A stretch of 64,000 bases of DNA from the human T2T-CHM13v2.0 reference genome, Homo sapiens, in assembly GCF_009914755.1 (NCBI RefSeq), contig NC_060929.1; one strand, written 5' to 3'. Shown here one piece after another: positions 27,259 through 41,605 of the stretch. The notes beneath the pieces are model-generated. The model made no database searches. It was not told where the DNA came from and was given only the letters and a program-made list of their open reading frames with translations. Every line of letters starts with the position of its first letter. The first letter of the stretch is position 1. The position numbers and the translations under genes were made by a program.

Positions 27259-27919
27259 GTTGCTTACCTCAGTAGCAAGATCGCTATATTGACGGTTTTA
27301 GTGCTATCTCAAAAAGGTGGGGCAGGGGCTGAGGGGCAAGGGCGGATGATTTGTAAAGTTTTTAGGGTTAGTTTAAGGTAGTTCGTTGAATGCAGGGGAA
27401 AGGAGATGCTGATTGGGATCAGGCAAAATTTGTGATGGAATAGTTCAGGCATGGTGGGCACAGCTAGACAAAAGTTTCAAGGCAGACTTGAGGAGTAAAT
27501 AGATGTGTCATAAACCCAGCAGAGAGATCTATTTTTCCAAGAAGTGGGTTACTACCCCGATGAGGGCAAGCTGAGTAGTCTACTGTTTAGATAGATTTTC
27601 AAGAAGTTCTTAAAACAAAATAATAGAGTAAGTCTTCCTCAGTAAGAATTCCCTGGAAAAGTAATGTTAACATAGCCTGTTGGAGTAAAGTGGTGTCAAT
27701 GTAAGCAAGAAGCTGTGTGGCTAAAGACAGTTTTACCATTCTACTCTTTGCTTATAATTTTAGCATCTGCGTGGAGGGAGGGAATGTCTATGTGGTTCTC
27801 AGCTACCTAATAAATGTGGAGGATATTTCTCAAATGGGATAAGCTGAAGGCAAGAGTAGACCAATCCTGATGAAATCGTGTTTCTTTCTAAGAGAGATAT
27901 AGGAAGGAGAGGCAAGAAA

Positions 27920-28560
27920 AGAATCTCTTCAATACTTCTCATGTGATGGGCACTATGTTCACAAGCATTTTCTCATTTTAACTGTTACGCTGATCTTACA
28001 AAGTTGATATTATTCCCGTTAATTGGTTAGGAAGACTGAGGCTTGAAGAAGATATGTACCTTATGTTAAAGACTCCCCTTAACCTAACTCCGGTCAGGCT
28101 CCTCTAAGCCCTCAAATCCCCAACCTTGGGTTCTATCCTTGGCCTTTTTATTCCAGTTTTAGCAAGAATTCTGCTGGGTCAGTTTAGTGAAAATCTCCCA
28201 CCCTTGATACTTGATCCATTTCCTCATCCCCCATCCTGGCCTCCCTTTAGCAATAATCCTGTCACGTCAATCTAACAAGAATCCTTTAGCTTTAATGTTT
28301 CCTCTTAATAATTTTTTACCCACTGACCCTCACTTTGCTCCTTGGCTACCAATTCGCACTTGCCCTTGTTGACTGTAGAGTTGACGCCATCTCTCTCTCC
28401 TACTGCAAAGCCCCACGATAGGGTCCCCTTGAATAAAGCCTGCCTTCCCATTATTAACATGTGTCATATCAATTTTTCTTAAATAGTTACACAGTCAGGA
28501 AGTGGAGAAGCTGGGATGGGAACCTGTCTGTAGGTGTCCAATCTTGAGCTACGCACTGTG
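27920..28560 (-). mobile_element. MIR split by MER31 (pieces 27920-28063 and 28486-28560)
   Basis: gaagactgaggcttgaagaag resumes as gttacacagtcaggaagtggagaagctgggat. Confidence 0.65.
28064..28485 (+). mobile_element. ERV1 solo LTR, MER31 family
   Basis: tgttaaagactc...gtcaggctcctctaagccc; ttagcaagaattctgct; cttgaataaag; TSD ctta/gtta. Confidence 0.8.
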
Positions 28561-29661
28561 CTGTCACTATGCTGGTGCAATGGAGGCCACCCTTGTGGGC
28601 TACACTCCCATCCTGCGTCCTCACACCATCTGCTGTGTGGGCCTTCCCTTGGCTACTCTTGGGAGAAACCGAGTGTCGGGCCTGGATAAATGCCTTGCTC
28701 TCCAGGGTCACTGCATCCTGCTGTTGCATGTGCTGGTCTTCCCATAGTGGCTGCTGCTAGAGTTCTCAATGTCACCCCTGCTTTAAAGTCCTGAAGGACC
28801 TCCCCTCACCAGTAGGGCAAAATCTAAATTCCTCTGTGACAAGAATCATCACTAGCTCAATTTTGGAATGGTAGAGGAGCCACAGAAAGGATATGGGAGA
28901 AAATGCAAAATCCAGTGGCATATTATTACAATTATGATACAGCTGTGTTCAAGGGTAAAGAAACATGGAATTCATTGATGTAGCGATAAAAACAGCTTGT
29001 AAATAATCTTTTCCTGCACAAATGCTCATCTCCTCTGTTCCCCCACCTTCTTTGCCACCACCTTTAATATACCTTGGACTATTTTTTTTTTTCTCACAGG
29101 TCCCTCACCTCTAAAATCTCCAAACCTTTCTGCTAAGTTATCTCCTTCTGATAACATTTAAAGGCTTTATCCTGAAGTCTCCCACATCTGGATAGCCTTC
29201 TACTAGAGAGAATTAAGCTCTCCTGTCTGTGTGCCCTTCAGAATGTAACCACGTGATTTCCCCAGCCCTGTGTCCTACCCATCTCCATCCATCCATTTAG
29301 CCATCTCACCATTCTTTAATGCATCCATTTGTCAATTCATTTATTTATTTTTTCATTCATTCATCCTTGCATCCCCTACTCCTTCCATTTATCCATGGAG
29401 GAAATGTTTGTTTAAAACCCTATATGAAACCTGATCCTGGATTTCATCTTCTTTTGGATCAGATTGGCCTCATTCTGTTCCAAGGCCACAGAGTCAAGGG
29501 ACAATTCCAGAAAACCATCTCAGGAGTGTGGCTCTCAATCTCATGTTGCATTTTATGTTGGATCGGTCCAGCCTCTCCTCGGTACAGCACTGTTAATTGT
29601 TTTCTCAACCAAGGGAGATCCAAGACAGTAATGTTCAGTCTGATTTTAGATGAAGAATCCA

Positions 29662-30273
29662 AGACTTCTGCCATGGTCATTGAAGCATTACTCCAAATTG
29701 CCAAGATATGGAATCAATTATATCTTGATATGTTCCTCAGTGGATGAATGGATAAAGAAATATGTACATACACAATGGAATACTATTTAGCCATAAAAGG
29801 AAGGAATTCTGTGGTTTACAATGTGGATGAGCCTGGAGGACATTATGTTAAGTGAAATAAGCCAGACACAGAAAGACAACTACTACATGATCTTACTTAT
29901 ATGTGGAATCTAGAAGGTGAACTCAGAAACAGGGAGTAGAATGGTGGTTCCAGAGGTTGTGGCAGGGTGGGGAAGAAGGGGCAAGATGTTGGTCAAAGAA
30001 TACAAAACTTCTGGTAGACAGGAGGAATAAATTGAAGAGATCTGATGTACATCATGGTGACTACAGTTTAAAAAACAATGTGTTGCATACTTGAAAATTT
30101 CTAACAGAGTAGGTTTTAAGTGTTTTTGCTGCAAAGAAGTAAGTATATGAGGCAATGTATATGCCAATTAGCTTGATTTAGCCATGCTGCAATGTGTGCA
30201 TATATCAAAAGACACCATAAATAGATGCAATTTTTATCTGTTGATTAAAAAAATAAACAAAAACAAGAAAAAA
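29662..30273 (+). mobile_element. 5'-truncated L1MA-like 3' end
   Basis: gccaagatatggaatcaa...ggatgaatggataaagaaa...A tail; TSD aagaatcca at 29653-29661 and 30274-30282. Confidence 0.9.
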
Positions 30274-31751
30274 AAGAATCCAGGTGTGCTGGGTCCTGCT
30301 TCTTCTGACCTAGAGAACACCCAGAATAAGTGCAGTGGTGCCAAGGACCGAACAGTTAAAGTCAGTGCAGCTATATCCGTTAATTTTAGCTTTAGGAGGG
30401 TTATAAATATAGAGAATCATGCATATTTCACCATCAAACTGATACTCAATTACTCTTTTTTTTGTCATCTCAAGAGCAAATGAACTCTGGTAAATGGACT
30501 GAGAAGAGAAACTTTGGAAAGTGAGACCAAGCAATCAGACACAGAAAAAATGACCCCAATGTTTGGAGATTTCTAACTGATCATTCTTTCTTAGATGCCT
30601 CCTGTCGTGGGAATAGAAAAGAGTGGGGGATAATTTTTGACTTTGCTTTAAAATTTTCATAATAGGAAAAGGCTCCCATTCTAATTCAAGAGGTGACACC
30701 TTAACAACCTTTCTCCTCATAAAACATTCCCCAGCTCCTTGTGGCTGTTGCGTAACCAGGAGGGTCCTGCCATGAAATAGAACTGGAGTTTCTTCCCCAG
30801 TCATAGCCACACTTCCCAAGGGAACTGGATGTCTGTGGTCGTTATGAATTAAAGGCTCAGTCTTCATTACATCAGTGTCAGCCTGTATTAACAGATCTCA
30901 ACATTTTCTCTAAAGGCAGGTATTTTTATTTGTCGAGGAATCAGGACTCTCTTCTCTGATTCTGACTTACAGCCTGCAAATCCAGTGTGCACGGCTTATT
31001 TTTCTTTTCCTTCTCCACTGAGATTGGCTTGTGTGACTATTCCATTCATCAGGCATGGAGTGAGGGAAACGCACACTTCATTTGCTTTGTGGCCACTGCC
31101 TTATTTTCCCTATTTTGGTCTGAAAAGAACCAATAAACCTTCTATCTTCAAATTTTCAGAGGAGTACTTTCCATCTAGCTGGTTCTTGAATGCTTTAAAA
31201 TGGAAAAAAGAACAGAAAACAGGTTGCTGTTTGGGTGATTTGCAAGCGCTCTGAAATTACTGTTTTTCTGCTTCACAGACTCGGTGACTGACAGTGCCTT
31301 CCCCCAGATAGTCAGCCAGTGGCATTGGCCACGACGGTGCTGCTCCAAATTGAGTATTTTTTTCTTAATGTCAGTGTCTACTGAATGAAAACTAGAATTA
31401 ATTTTTCATGGGCTAATAGTTGTGCATAGCTACAGTGTAGCTGCTGAGTTTACGGACTTTGCAAATAACATTTAGTCTCCTTTTTTTTTTTTTCTTTTTG
31501 TCATCCCTGGTCTCTGGAGAATTTTACTTTTCGACGGTTTTAGCCCTTCCTCATATCTGGCTGATTTTGATAAGAGCAGATGAATTACCCAACATGGAAT
31601 ATGAGAAAATTCTTTGTAGAGGGGGTCCAGTGGTCATAGGTGCATTTGACTGGGGCTCCAATTTGTGCACAGCCCCCTTGTGCCCCAGCTGTGTCCGGGG
31701 TGAGAAGCCACTGGCCTGAGGTCACTGTAGCACACCTTTCCTCCCTATAGA

Positions 31752-31950
31752 CCAAGGTTTCTCCCTCTTGGCACTATTCACATTTGGTTTGGGGGGCTGC
31801 CCTGTGCATTATTGGATGTTTAGTGGTACCCTGGCTTCTACACATTAGATACCAGTAGCACTGTTTCCCCAGGCGGTGACAACCAAAACTGCTTTCAGAC
31901 ATTGCCAAATGCCTCTGGGGTGGTGATGGGGAATGGTCCCCACATGAAGA
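31752..31950 (-). mobile_element. MER20 hAT MITE
   Basis: gggctgccctgtgcatt...gtgacaaccaaaa...cagacattgccaaatg. Confidence 0.85.
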
Positions 31951-32097
31951 TGTTCTCCCTCTGGGCTCCTTGAGTGAGAGTCCCAGGTGAGAGTTGGGAT
32001 GAATGCAGAAAGAGGAGGAAAAGAGGGCAGGAAATCAGGAAAAAGATGGACTCTGGGGCGCGTCGGCCTTTGCTGAGATCCAGATGAAAAAATTCGC

Positions 32098-32270
32098 TGG
32101 TTACCTACTCTGGCTAAGTGTTAGAATTACCTGGGGAGCTTTAAAAGAATCCACTGTCCGAGCCTGGCCCAAGGATCCTGAATTAATTGGTTTGAGGACG
32201 TACCCTGCTATCAGCATTTTCTTCTCAAGTCCTCTTGGTGGCTGTAATGTGCGGCCAGGGTTGAAGACCA
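32098..32270. mobile_element. MER5A/B hAT MITE
   Basis: ttagaattacctggggagcttt...taatgtgcggccagggttgaagacca. Confidence 0.75.
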
Positions 32271-32480
32271 AGGTCAGGAGCAGAGTCGCTCACTGTGAGG
32301 CCGTGCTCGTCCTGCCGGCGGCTGCATGAGGCCGGGAGCTGTGCTGTCGAGGCATTCACTTTACCTTCCTGAATTTTTCTCAACAAGTGTCTTCGAGTTC
32401 TCGAAGCTGAGACCCTGGGCATTACTAACGTCACCTGGGCTGCTCAAGTAGCTCCTTCGAATAACCACCAAAAGAACTCA

Positions 32481-32740
<260 letters not shown>

Positions 32741-33673
32741 TCATACATAGACTTCTGCTGCATTTCTTAGAAAATGCTCCTTTGCCTTCTTTTGCCAGCA
32801 GGTGAGTGCACGCATTTGTCTAAGCGACAGGGAACTGCCCGTGCAAGGAAGGAGGGCCGAGCGGGTGGAGAGGGATGTGGAAATGGGAGCCACCCGCGAT
32901 GCTCTGTATCTCCCTGTAGGGATGGCAGTAGCTAAAGAATGCTGAGAACCAGAACACCAGAGACAGGGAGGGAGAGATGAACAACCAGGTAGTCATCTAA
33001 CCTCAAATAACAGCATAACAGTTATAAACAGCAAATTCTACCAAGTATTCAATTAACCCCAATGGAAATAGAAAAGGAGGAGCAGAGAAACCAAAAATAG
33101 ATGGGATGAACAAGAAACAAATAGTAAAATAGTAGATCCGAATCCCACTTTATCTTTCAAATGTAAATGTAAGAGCCCATCATGTGTAAATGGACTAAAC
33201 ACTCTAAGAGGCAGAGGTAGTCTGGATGGATATAAAAGCAAGGCCCAACTCAAGAAAGCAAGATGTGCTTTAAATACACAGATATAGATAGGTTGAAAGA
33301 CATGCAAGTAAGTAGGTGTTAAAAGATGTACCATGCGTATAGCGTAAAAATACTGGGGTAGCTATATATTAATATCAGATAATACACATCACAACAAAAA
33401 ATATTACCAGAGATAAAGAGGGACACTTTATAATGACAAAGGGTCAATTAATCAGGAAGTTAAAACAATCATAGATGTATATGTCCCAAATCACAGATCT
33501 TCAAATAAAAATACACATGACTAATTTAAAGCAAACGTTATACCATGCCATGTGGAATTTATAATAGATATGATAGCTACAGCATCTAGGATGGAAGACA
33601 GATCAAGTGACCAGTAAGGCTGCAAGTTTCATTATGTTATATGAAGTAGTACCTTAGAAGTAAGTAGGCTGTG

Positions 33674-34160
33674 CACTATGTACCATAGCAAAGACTTGGA
33701 ACCAACCCAAATGCCCAGCAATGATAGACTGAATAAAGAAAATGTGGCACGTATTCACCATGGAATACTATGCAGCCATAAAAAAGGATGAGTTCATGTC
33801 CTTTGCAGGTACATGGATGAAGCTGGAAACCATCATTCTCAGCAAACTAACACGGGATGAAGCTGGAAACCATCATTCTCAGCAAACTAACACGGGAACA
33901 GAAAACCAAACACCACATGTTCCCACTCATAAGTGGGAGTTGAACAATGAGAACACATGGACACAGGGAGGGGAACATCACACACTGGGGCCTGTCGGGG
34001 GGTGGCGGGCTGGGGGAGGGATAGCATTAGGAGAAATACCTAATGTAGATGATGGGTTGATGGGTGCAGCAAACCACCATGGCACGTGTATACCTATGTA
34101 ACAAATCTGCACGTTCTGCACATGTATCACAGCACTTAAAGTTTAATTAAAAAAAAAAAG
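33674..34160 (+). mobile_element. 5'-truncated primate L1PA 3' end
   Basis: atagcaaagacttggaaccaacccaaatg...G-rich UTR...A tail; perfect TSD aagtaggctgtg at 33662-33673 and 34161-34172. Confidence 0.96.
33815..33894 (+). repeat. Perfect 40-bp tandem duplication inside L1PA
   Basis: ggatgaagctggaaaccatcattctcagcaaactaacacg x2. Confidence 0.97.
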
Positions 34161-35012
34161 AAGTAGGCTGTGAAAAGATAAAGATGTATAGTCTAATCCC
34201 TAGAATGACCACTTAAAGTGCAAAGATAAATAGTTAAAAAATCAATAGCTGTATTACAGTGGCATTCTAACAAATATTCATTCAACACACCAATGCACAC
34301 ATACTCCCACTCCTCACATACCTCTTTCTTTTGGATGATGGAATCTACCAAACGAATAATAACATAGTGGATCTTTCCTGAAGGCAAGTACTTCCTTAGC
34401 TTTTCTAATATAAAGTAGCTCCATAATTAGTTGTAATTTCGGTAAATTATTGCCCATTATAAACTGCTAATTCGATACATGTTCATTCCTTTCCGTAGCT
34501 AATTTAGAAAGTCTTCACAGTGGGGTTGATTCTGGTTTGTGGATTTTGTGCGTCTGGTTTTGTCAAGTAGAATGGTCCAACTATCAGTTCCAGGCCTCAG
34601 TAGAAAGTAACCCACGTAGTCTCACTTTCCTGAGGATGCTCAATAAACTTCCTAGAAGATGTAACTCTTGAGATTTCCTGAATGCTGAGTTCTGCCAGTG
34701 ACAGGTGTAATCACCGTTTACATTCCTGATGTTAGTAGAGAAAAATGAGGCAGGCCCATTGGGGAACTCACACAGGAATAGACAATGATTTAACGCATAA
34801 CAATGTGATGATCGTGGCTTTGGGTCTGGTCACTGTTTCCGTGAGCATGTACCAAGATGGTATGAGCTGTCCTTGCAGCAAGGTGGAAAGTGCATTCCAC
34901 TAGCTCCCTTAGACCTTCTCTCATGGATTGTGGTTCCCTGTGGGCCCCCCACATCCTGTATTCGTTTGATTGACTTCTCAGTCAAGCCTCTACATTTGTT
35001 TTATTAATGTCA

Positions 35013-35384
<372 letters not shown>

Positions 35385-36249
35385 CTACAGGATAGATAGT
35401 AATTGAAGAATGGGTAAACTGTTAACAGAGGTAGGTGAATGAAGTGGAGAAAACAGTGTAATTAAAGACATAGAGGTGAGAACTCACTGGAAAGTGATCC
35501 AGGCTCAGGAAGCAAGGGAGCTGGCCAGCATGTGGAGGTGGCATTGGAGGTTTGTGGTAAGGCCAGAGAGATGGACAGGAGGCAGATTCTGGAGGGCTTT
35601 GAACACGAAGTCCAAACTTTTGTTACATAACTTGACACAAAATTTTGAAAAGCACTTTTTTTTAAGCTAGAAGGTGTCTTGTTTGGGGCTAGGCTTTAGG
35701 AAGATGCACCTAGCACCAGTCTGTGTTGGAGGAATTAGAGAGAGGGGAGGGGTTGACATGTGACCTGGCTCCTCTTTTGTCTACATGAAAGGATTTCTGG
35801 ATGGAGTAGGGCAATCACTTTCCTTCCTCTCCGGCCTTTTTCTTTTTCTTTCTTTTTTTTTTTTTTGACAAGTGGATGGCTGCCTCAAATGAAACACCTT
35901 GAAAACTCAAAGTGTCAGACTCAAAGAGTCCTCTCCCACATTGAGAGCTTTAGAGAGCTGGTGACAGGCACTCAGAAAAGAGAGCCCATATGGCCTGCTT
36001 CAGTAAAGGGATGCTTGAGTTGTTAATTCCTAAAAAAACCATCGTCCGTGTAACAGTTGCTTCCATGCCCTCTCAGCACTGAAATGGGACTTCCCATTAT
36101 TCCTCAAGTCTTCTCTCTTCCCTCTTTAATTCACAAAAGATTTTCTGAGAGCTTACCGTGTGTCAGGCACTGTTAGGACTTGGAATATTCTATTTAGTTC
36201 TTTTTCTAAAAACATCCATTGCTGTGATGATGATTATTACATATGTGAT

Positions 36250-36375
36250 ATATATCTTATTATTATCCTTGCTTCAGTTTACTTATGAGGAAACAGAGAC
36301 TCAGAGAGGTTAAGTAACTTTCTCAATGTCACACAGCCAGAAGGAAACCGAGATGTGGTTTCCAATGTCTTGTCT
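36250..36375 (-). mobile_element. MIR
   Basis: gaggaaacagagactcagagaggttaagtaactttctcaatgtcacacagc core. Confidence 0.85.
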
Positions 36376-36441
36376 GGACAAATTAAATATTACATGAAGA
36401 ACATCATAACAAAAAATATTACCAGAGACAAAGAGGGACAC

Positions 36442-36797
36442 TGTATTAGTCTGTTCTTATGCTGTTAATAAAGATATACCCAAGACTGGGTAAATTATAA
36501 AGGAAAGAGGTTTAATTGACTCACAGTTCCACATGGCTGGGGAGGCCTCACAATCATGGCGGAAAGTGAATGAGGAGCAAAGTCACATCTTACGTGGCTG
36601 CAGGCAGGAGAGCTTGTGCAGGGGGACTCCCATTTATGAAACCATCCTATCTCATGAGACTCATGCACTAGCACAAGAACAGCATGGAGGAAACCACCCC
36701 CATGATTCAATTATCTCCACCTGGCCCTGCCCTTGACACATGGGGATTATTGCAATTAAAAGTGAGATTTGGGTGGGGACACAGCTAAACCATATCA
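36442..36797 (-). mobile_element. THE1 solo LTR
   Basis: tgtattagtctgttct...aaaccatatca; 356 bp; TSD gacac/gacat. Confidence 0.95.
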
Positions 36798-37721
36798 GAC
36801 ATTTTATAATGATAAAGGGTCAATTAATCAGGAAGTTAAGACAATCATAAGTGTATATCTCCCAAATTACAGATCTTCAAATAAAAATACATGTGACTAA
36901 TTTAAAGTGAACATTATACCATGACATGTGAGATTTATAATGTATATAAATACAAACATTATAAAAAGTAACATGTACAATAGTAATGTCTGTAATACCT
37001 TTACATACAATTACTATACTATTTAATATCTTTTGATTATCAAGTGGTTACTATGTCCCAGCACTTTAGACACATACATTAATTCTCACAACCCCATTAT
37101 AAGGTATTATTATCCCAAAATGTGGCAGAGAGAGCTAAGATTACTGCCTAAGTTCTCTTAGCTAGTAATTAAGTGAGCTGGATTGAACTCTTAGTAAGTG
37201 GTATGGGGTGTAGACACTGGAATTTGGGTTTATCTGACCCAAAACCTGTGGTTAAATTTGTTTGAAGAAGAGTCTAATGATCATCTACCTCTTCCACCAT
37301 TTACCTAAGGTTTTCTGAGCACCTACAATGTTCTAGACACTTTACATGTGATCACATTTAGTCCTGAACTCTGTGAGGTGGGCATTCTTCTCCTTTCAAA
37401 GAATGGGGATCCAAGTTTCCAAGCAGCAAAATTATTCACCAGGATCATTTGCCAGCAAGTGGCTGATGAGAGATTAAAATCCAAGTGCGTCAGACGTTAG
37501 ATACTGCTTCATACAAAAATCTGTCTTTCATCAAGAAAACCCATGCTTCAACAGAGTTACATAGTTCTCCATTTTGTTCCCACAGGCTAGACTAGGAGGG
37601 AGGAGCTGCCCCGAAGGCCTGGGTTTCTTCTTAGACCCTCTCAGGCCAGGTTCAGGGGATAGCATTTCTCTCTGGCTGAGAACTGCTATAGAGTTTCCAT
37701 GTTTCATATACCATACAATGA

Positions 37722-38157
37722 TGTTAAAAAACACAATTTCAATGTATTTAGTTTAAAAATTTAATTGGCTTTTGTTAGCAACTCATGAATTGGGCAGCCT
37801 CTCATCTAAAAATGGAGAGACACTCCATTAGGCATGGCCAAACTGGATTTTTATAAAGTAGCTTGAGTAGGAACAAGGAAATGGCATAATCTAAAAAGGG
37901 GATTGGGAAACACCAGGTTACTTTACTTGTAAGGGGTAACGTAGAGGAGGCTTCCTTATCATGCTGCCTAACACTCGACCGTTTGTGGATTTGGCCACCA
38001 TCTCTCTCCTGATTTCTCAGAAGGTCAGATAAACAACTAAGTTTTGGTTTGGTGATGTGGAACTTTAGCATAAGTGAGTCCATTTTGGTTTGATCTGCTG
38101 GGGCCTAGTGCAGAAGCTCAGTCCATATCAATAGGCTCTCGTAAATTTTATTTAACA
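37722..38157 (-). mobile_element. ERV1 solo LTR, MER4-group (MER65-like)
   Basis: tgtt...aaca termini; gggcctagtgcagaagctcagtcc; TSD atga/gtga. Confidence 0.75.
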
Positions 38158-38471
38158 GTGATTAAAATGGGAAACCATTAAAATTAAAATTATAGCAACT
38201 GACTTATGAGAAAATGTTTATTACGTACTGTTAAGTGGGGAAAGGCAGGATGCAATAAAGATCTGCATAAAATAGAAATGCATATCTACAGAATCTGGAA
38301 TGAAGTACACAAAAGTGGAGAGTGAGAAAGGTCATATTATGGGTGATTTTTTGGTTGGGGGGGGTGCCATTTTTGAAATTGTCTTTAGTGTTCCTTCTCA
38401 GTATGGGTTTTCATGTAGGGAAGGGGATTTGTATTGGAGAGTCACATATTAAAAACATATAAATCACAAGT

Positions 38472-38844
38472 TGTATTAGTCCATTTTCATGCTTCTGATA
38501 AAGACATACCTGAGACTGGGCAATTTACAAAAGAAAGAAGTTTATTGGTCTTACAGTTCTACATGACTGGGGAGGCCTCACAATCATTGTGGAAGGCAAG
38601 GAGGAGCAAGTCACACCTTATGTGGATAGCAGCAGGCAAAAAGAGAGAGAGAGCTTGTGCAGGGAAACTCCCATTTTTAAAACCATCAGATCTCATGAGA
38701 CTATTCACTATCATGAGAACAGCACAGGAAAGACCTCCCCCATGATTCAATTACCTCCCACCAGCTTCTTCCCATGACACATGGGGATTGTGGGAGTTAC
38801 AATTCAAGATAAGATTTGGGTGGAGTCACAACCAAACCATATCA
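38472..38844 (-). mobile_element. THE1 solo LTR
   Basis: tgtattagtccattttcatgc...aaaccatatca; TSD caagt/caaat. Confidence 0.95.
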
Positions 38845-39869
38845 CAAATATTCATAGCTCTCTGAATTTTCCCAGACTGAACACCCTGTGTACCAAGCAC
38901 TCAGATCAAGAAACAGAGCATTGTCAGGATCCAGAAACCTCGCATCCTCCACTCCTATCATTCTTAAAGTAAATTAGGAAAACCCATTCTCTGAGCATGG
39001 AATGGATTGTTCTTAAGTATGCAATAAGAAGATCTTGGCCAGAAAGCCAAGGAAGAGGAGGCTGATCACTTGAGTCAGTAAGGACTGAGCCTTCCTGGGG
39101 CTTCCTACTCATCATTCATTCTTACTCTGGAAATAGCAGAGGTCGGGTGGGCCGTTTTCAGAACAGGAGCTGGTAACTTGGTTATGCACCTAACCGGAAA
39201 CAAGAAGAGAAAGGGGCTGGTGTCTGTCCAGGAGATGAGAAGTGGTGCTGAGGACTAGCCCAGAAACACTATCCCCCACTGAAGTTACAGGCCCAGTGGA
39301 GCTGGAACCCCAGAGCCTGCAGAGAACAAACACTGATGGGCCTTCCAGAAAGAAAGACAAGGCTCAAGAGCATAATTCAGAGAAGTGAACAGACCAAGTA
39401 GACATAGTTCAAAAACAAGGGAACAGCAGCCAAGGGCCTGGAGCCAGGGAAGAAGGGGTTGACACCCAGAAGTTGGGCCCTGGAGTTACACAGAAAAGTG
39501 CTTCCAGCATTCCTTCAGTGCTCATGGAGCCCCTGTTGCCTGGATGCAGTGGTGAATGAGACAGAATGAGACAGATGCTGTGGCTGCCCTCATGGGCCTG
39601 ATATCCACAGAGGGATGACAGCTATGATGGGGGAGCCAGGCAGGGGAGGGGCTGTGTGTTCAAGGCTGTAGGAATGCACAGGTGAAACCCCACCTGAAGG
39701 CCAGGTAAAGTGCGCATGTTGAGTTTGGGGAACAGAAAGCCCATCTCATGGCAGAAACAGAGCAAACTGGGAGAGACGGATTGGACTGGAGTCACAGCCA
39801 GCTCCCAGGGACCATTGCAGGGAGCAGAAGCACAACATCCCAACATGTCTTCAATTGGTTAGAAAACCA

Positions 39870-40256
<387 letters not shown>

Positions 40257-40688
40257 CTATAAATGTTAAAAATGTGTGATCATAGCCACATAAATTCTCA
40301 GCAGATTAAATGAATACAAATAAAACATTAGTCAAAAAATAACTATTGACCCAAAGTGAAACTAATTTAAGTAACCGTGAATTTTGATTCACGATTATAA
40401 AATACGATGTAATCTTTCTTTTAAAATGCTGTATAAAAATATAAAATTGTCTCAACAGTTCATTTATGAGCTTTTTTGAGGGCAAATTCTTCCAGCTACT
40501 GAAAAATATCTTTCTTAATCTATATGCAATGAGTTGAAGAAACAGTGGTGGACTAATTCTAAGTTAATAAAAAAAGTTCTTTCTGACTCCAGAAAAATTC
40601 AAATAATTCTATTTCTTATTTGATAATTTTAAAGATATATGATTGAACACTCTTTTTTTCAGGAACTGCACTCTCATTGCTGAAGAGC

Positions 40689-41079
40689 TGCTATGGGTTG
40701 AATTCTGCCTCCTCCAAAATTCATATGTTGAAGCCCTAACTTCCAATGTCACTGCATTTGGGGACAGGTCCTCTAAGAGGGTGATTAAGGTTAAATGGGG
40801 TCATAAGGATGGGATATCAGTCCAATATGACTCACGTATCATAAGAAGATGAAGAGACACCAGGCATATGCACACACAGAAAAAAGGTCATGCCACAGGT
40901 GGACACAGAGAGAAGGCAGCCATCTGCAAGCCAAGGAGAGAGGCCTCAGGGGAAACCAGCCCTGCTGCCACCTTGATCTTGGACTTCCAGCCTCTAGACC
41001 TGTGTAAAGATAAATTTCTGTTGTTTAAGTCATCCAGTCTTTGGTTATTTTGTTATGGCAGCTCCAGCTGACTAATCCA
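40689..41079 (+). mobile_element. MaLR LTR (MLT1B-like)
   Basis: tgctatgggttgaatt...tttgttatggcagc...gactaat; 391 bp. Confidence 0.9.
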
Positions 41080-41605
41080 TGAGTTATATATTTGGTTGTC
41101 ATTTCTAAGAGAGTATGTTATTTGATCTTTGTTGGCTTTGCTTTCATCAGGCATAGATGGTGAATCCAGTGCAGGGTGACTATACCAATTTTCATACTAT
41201 CATTTTTTTATCCAATTTGTTTGGAAATTATAAAAACCAGAGGAAGATTTGTTCTTGGAATGGAAACTTTGCCAATACCACAACATGATTGCTTACCCTG
41301 GCTTACTCTGGCAGAGACTTGTTTAGACTTGCAGTTTGGTTATAGTTTTGTTGTTGTTGTTATTGTTGTTTATCTTAATTGAATAATTGAGTCATTGATG
41401 TTGAGCAAAAACCAAATGATTCAGCGTTCATTTATGATTTAAAAATATAAAAATAATCATTTTACAACAAATGCATTCACTTCTTAGTACTTGAAAATAG
41501 CCTAGTTATTAAAATACTAAAACACCTAAAACCCACTTACTGGCTGTATATGTGGGAGCAGCCTCTCTAAATTTCTCTGAAATTCACTTTTCTTAGCTAT
41601 GAAAT

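Larger units (their letters stand above)
33036..34290 (+). mobile_element. Old L1M remnant (inter-ORF/ORF2 start), rearranged and interrupted by L1PA
   Basis: tgtaaatggactaaacact and agataaagagggacactttataatgacaaagggtcaatt resemble the ORF2 endonuclease region (DKEGH..M.KGSI). Confidence 0.75.

Noticed and set aside
32391-32406. cttcgag-tt-ctcgaag palindrome or heat-shock-element-like site
   Set aside because: Only two correctly phased nGAAn units, and a 7-bp stem is expected by chance
33742-34101. 119-aa ORF with MEYYAAIKKDEFMSFAGTWMKLETIILSKL
   Set aside because: C-terminus of L1 ORF2 in a truncated L1PA, frameshifted by the 40-bp duplication; not a gene
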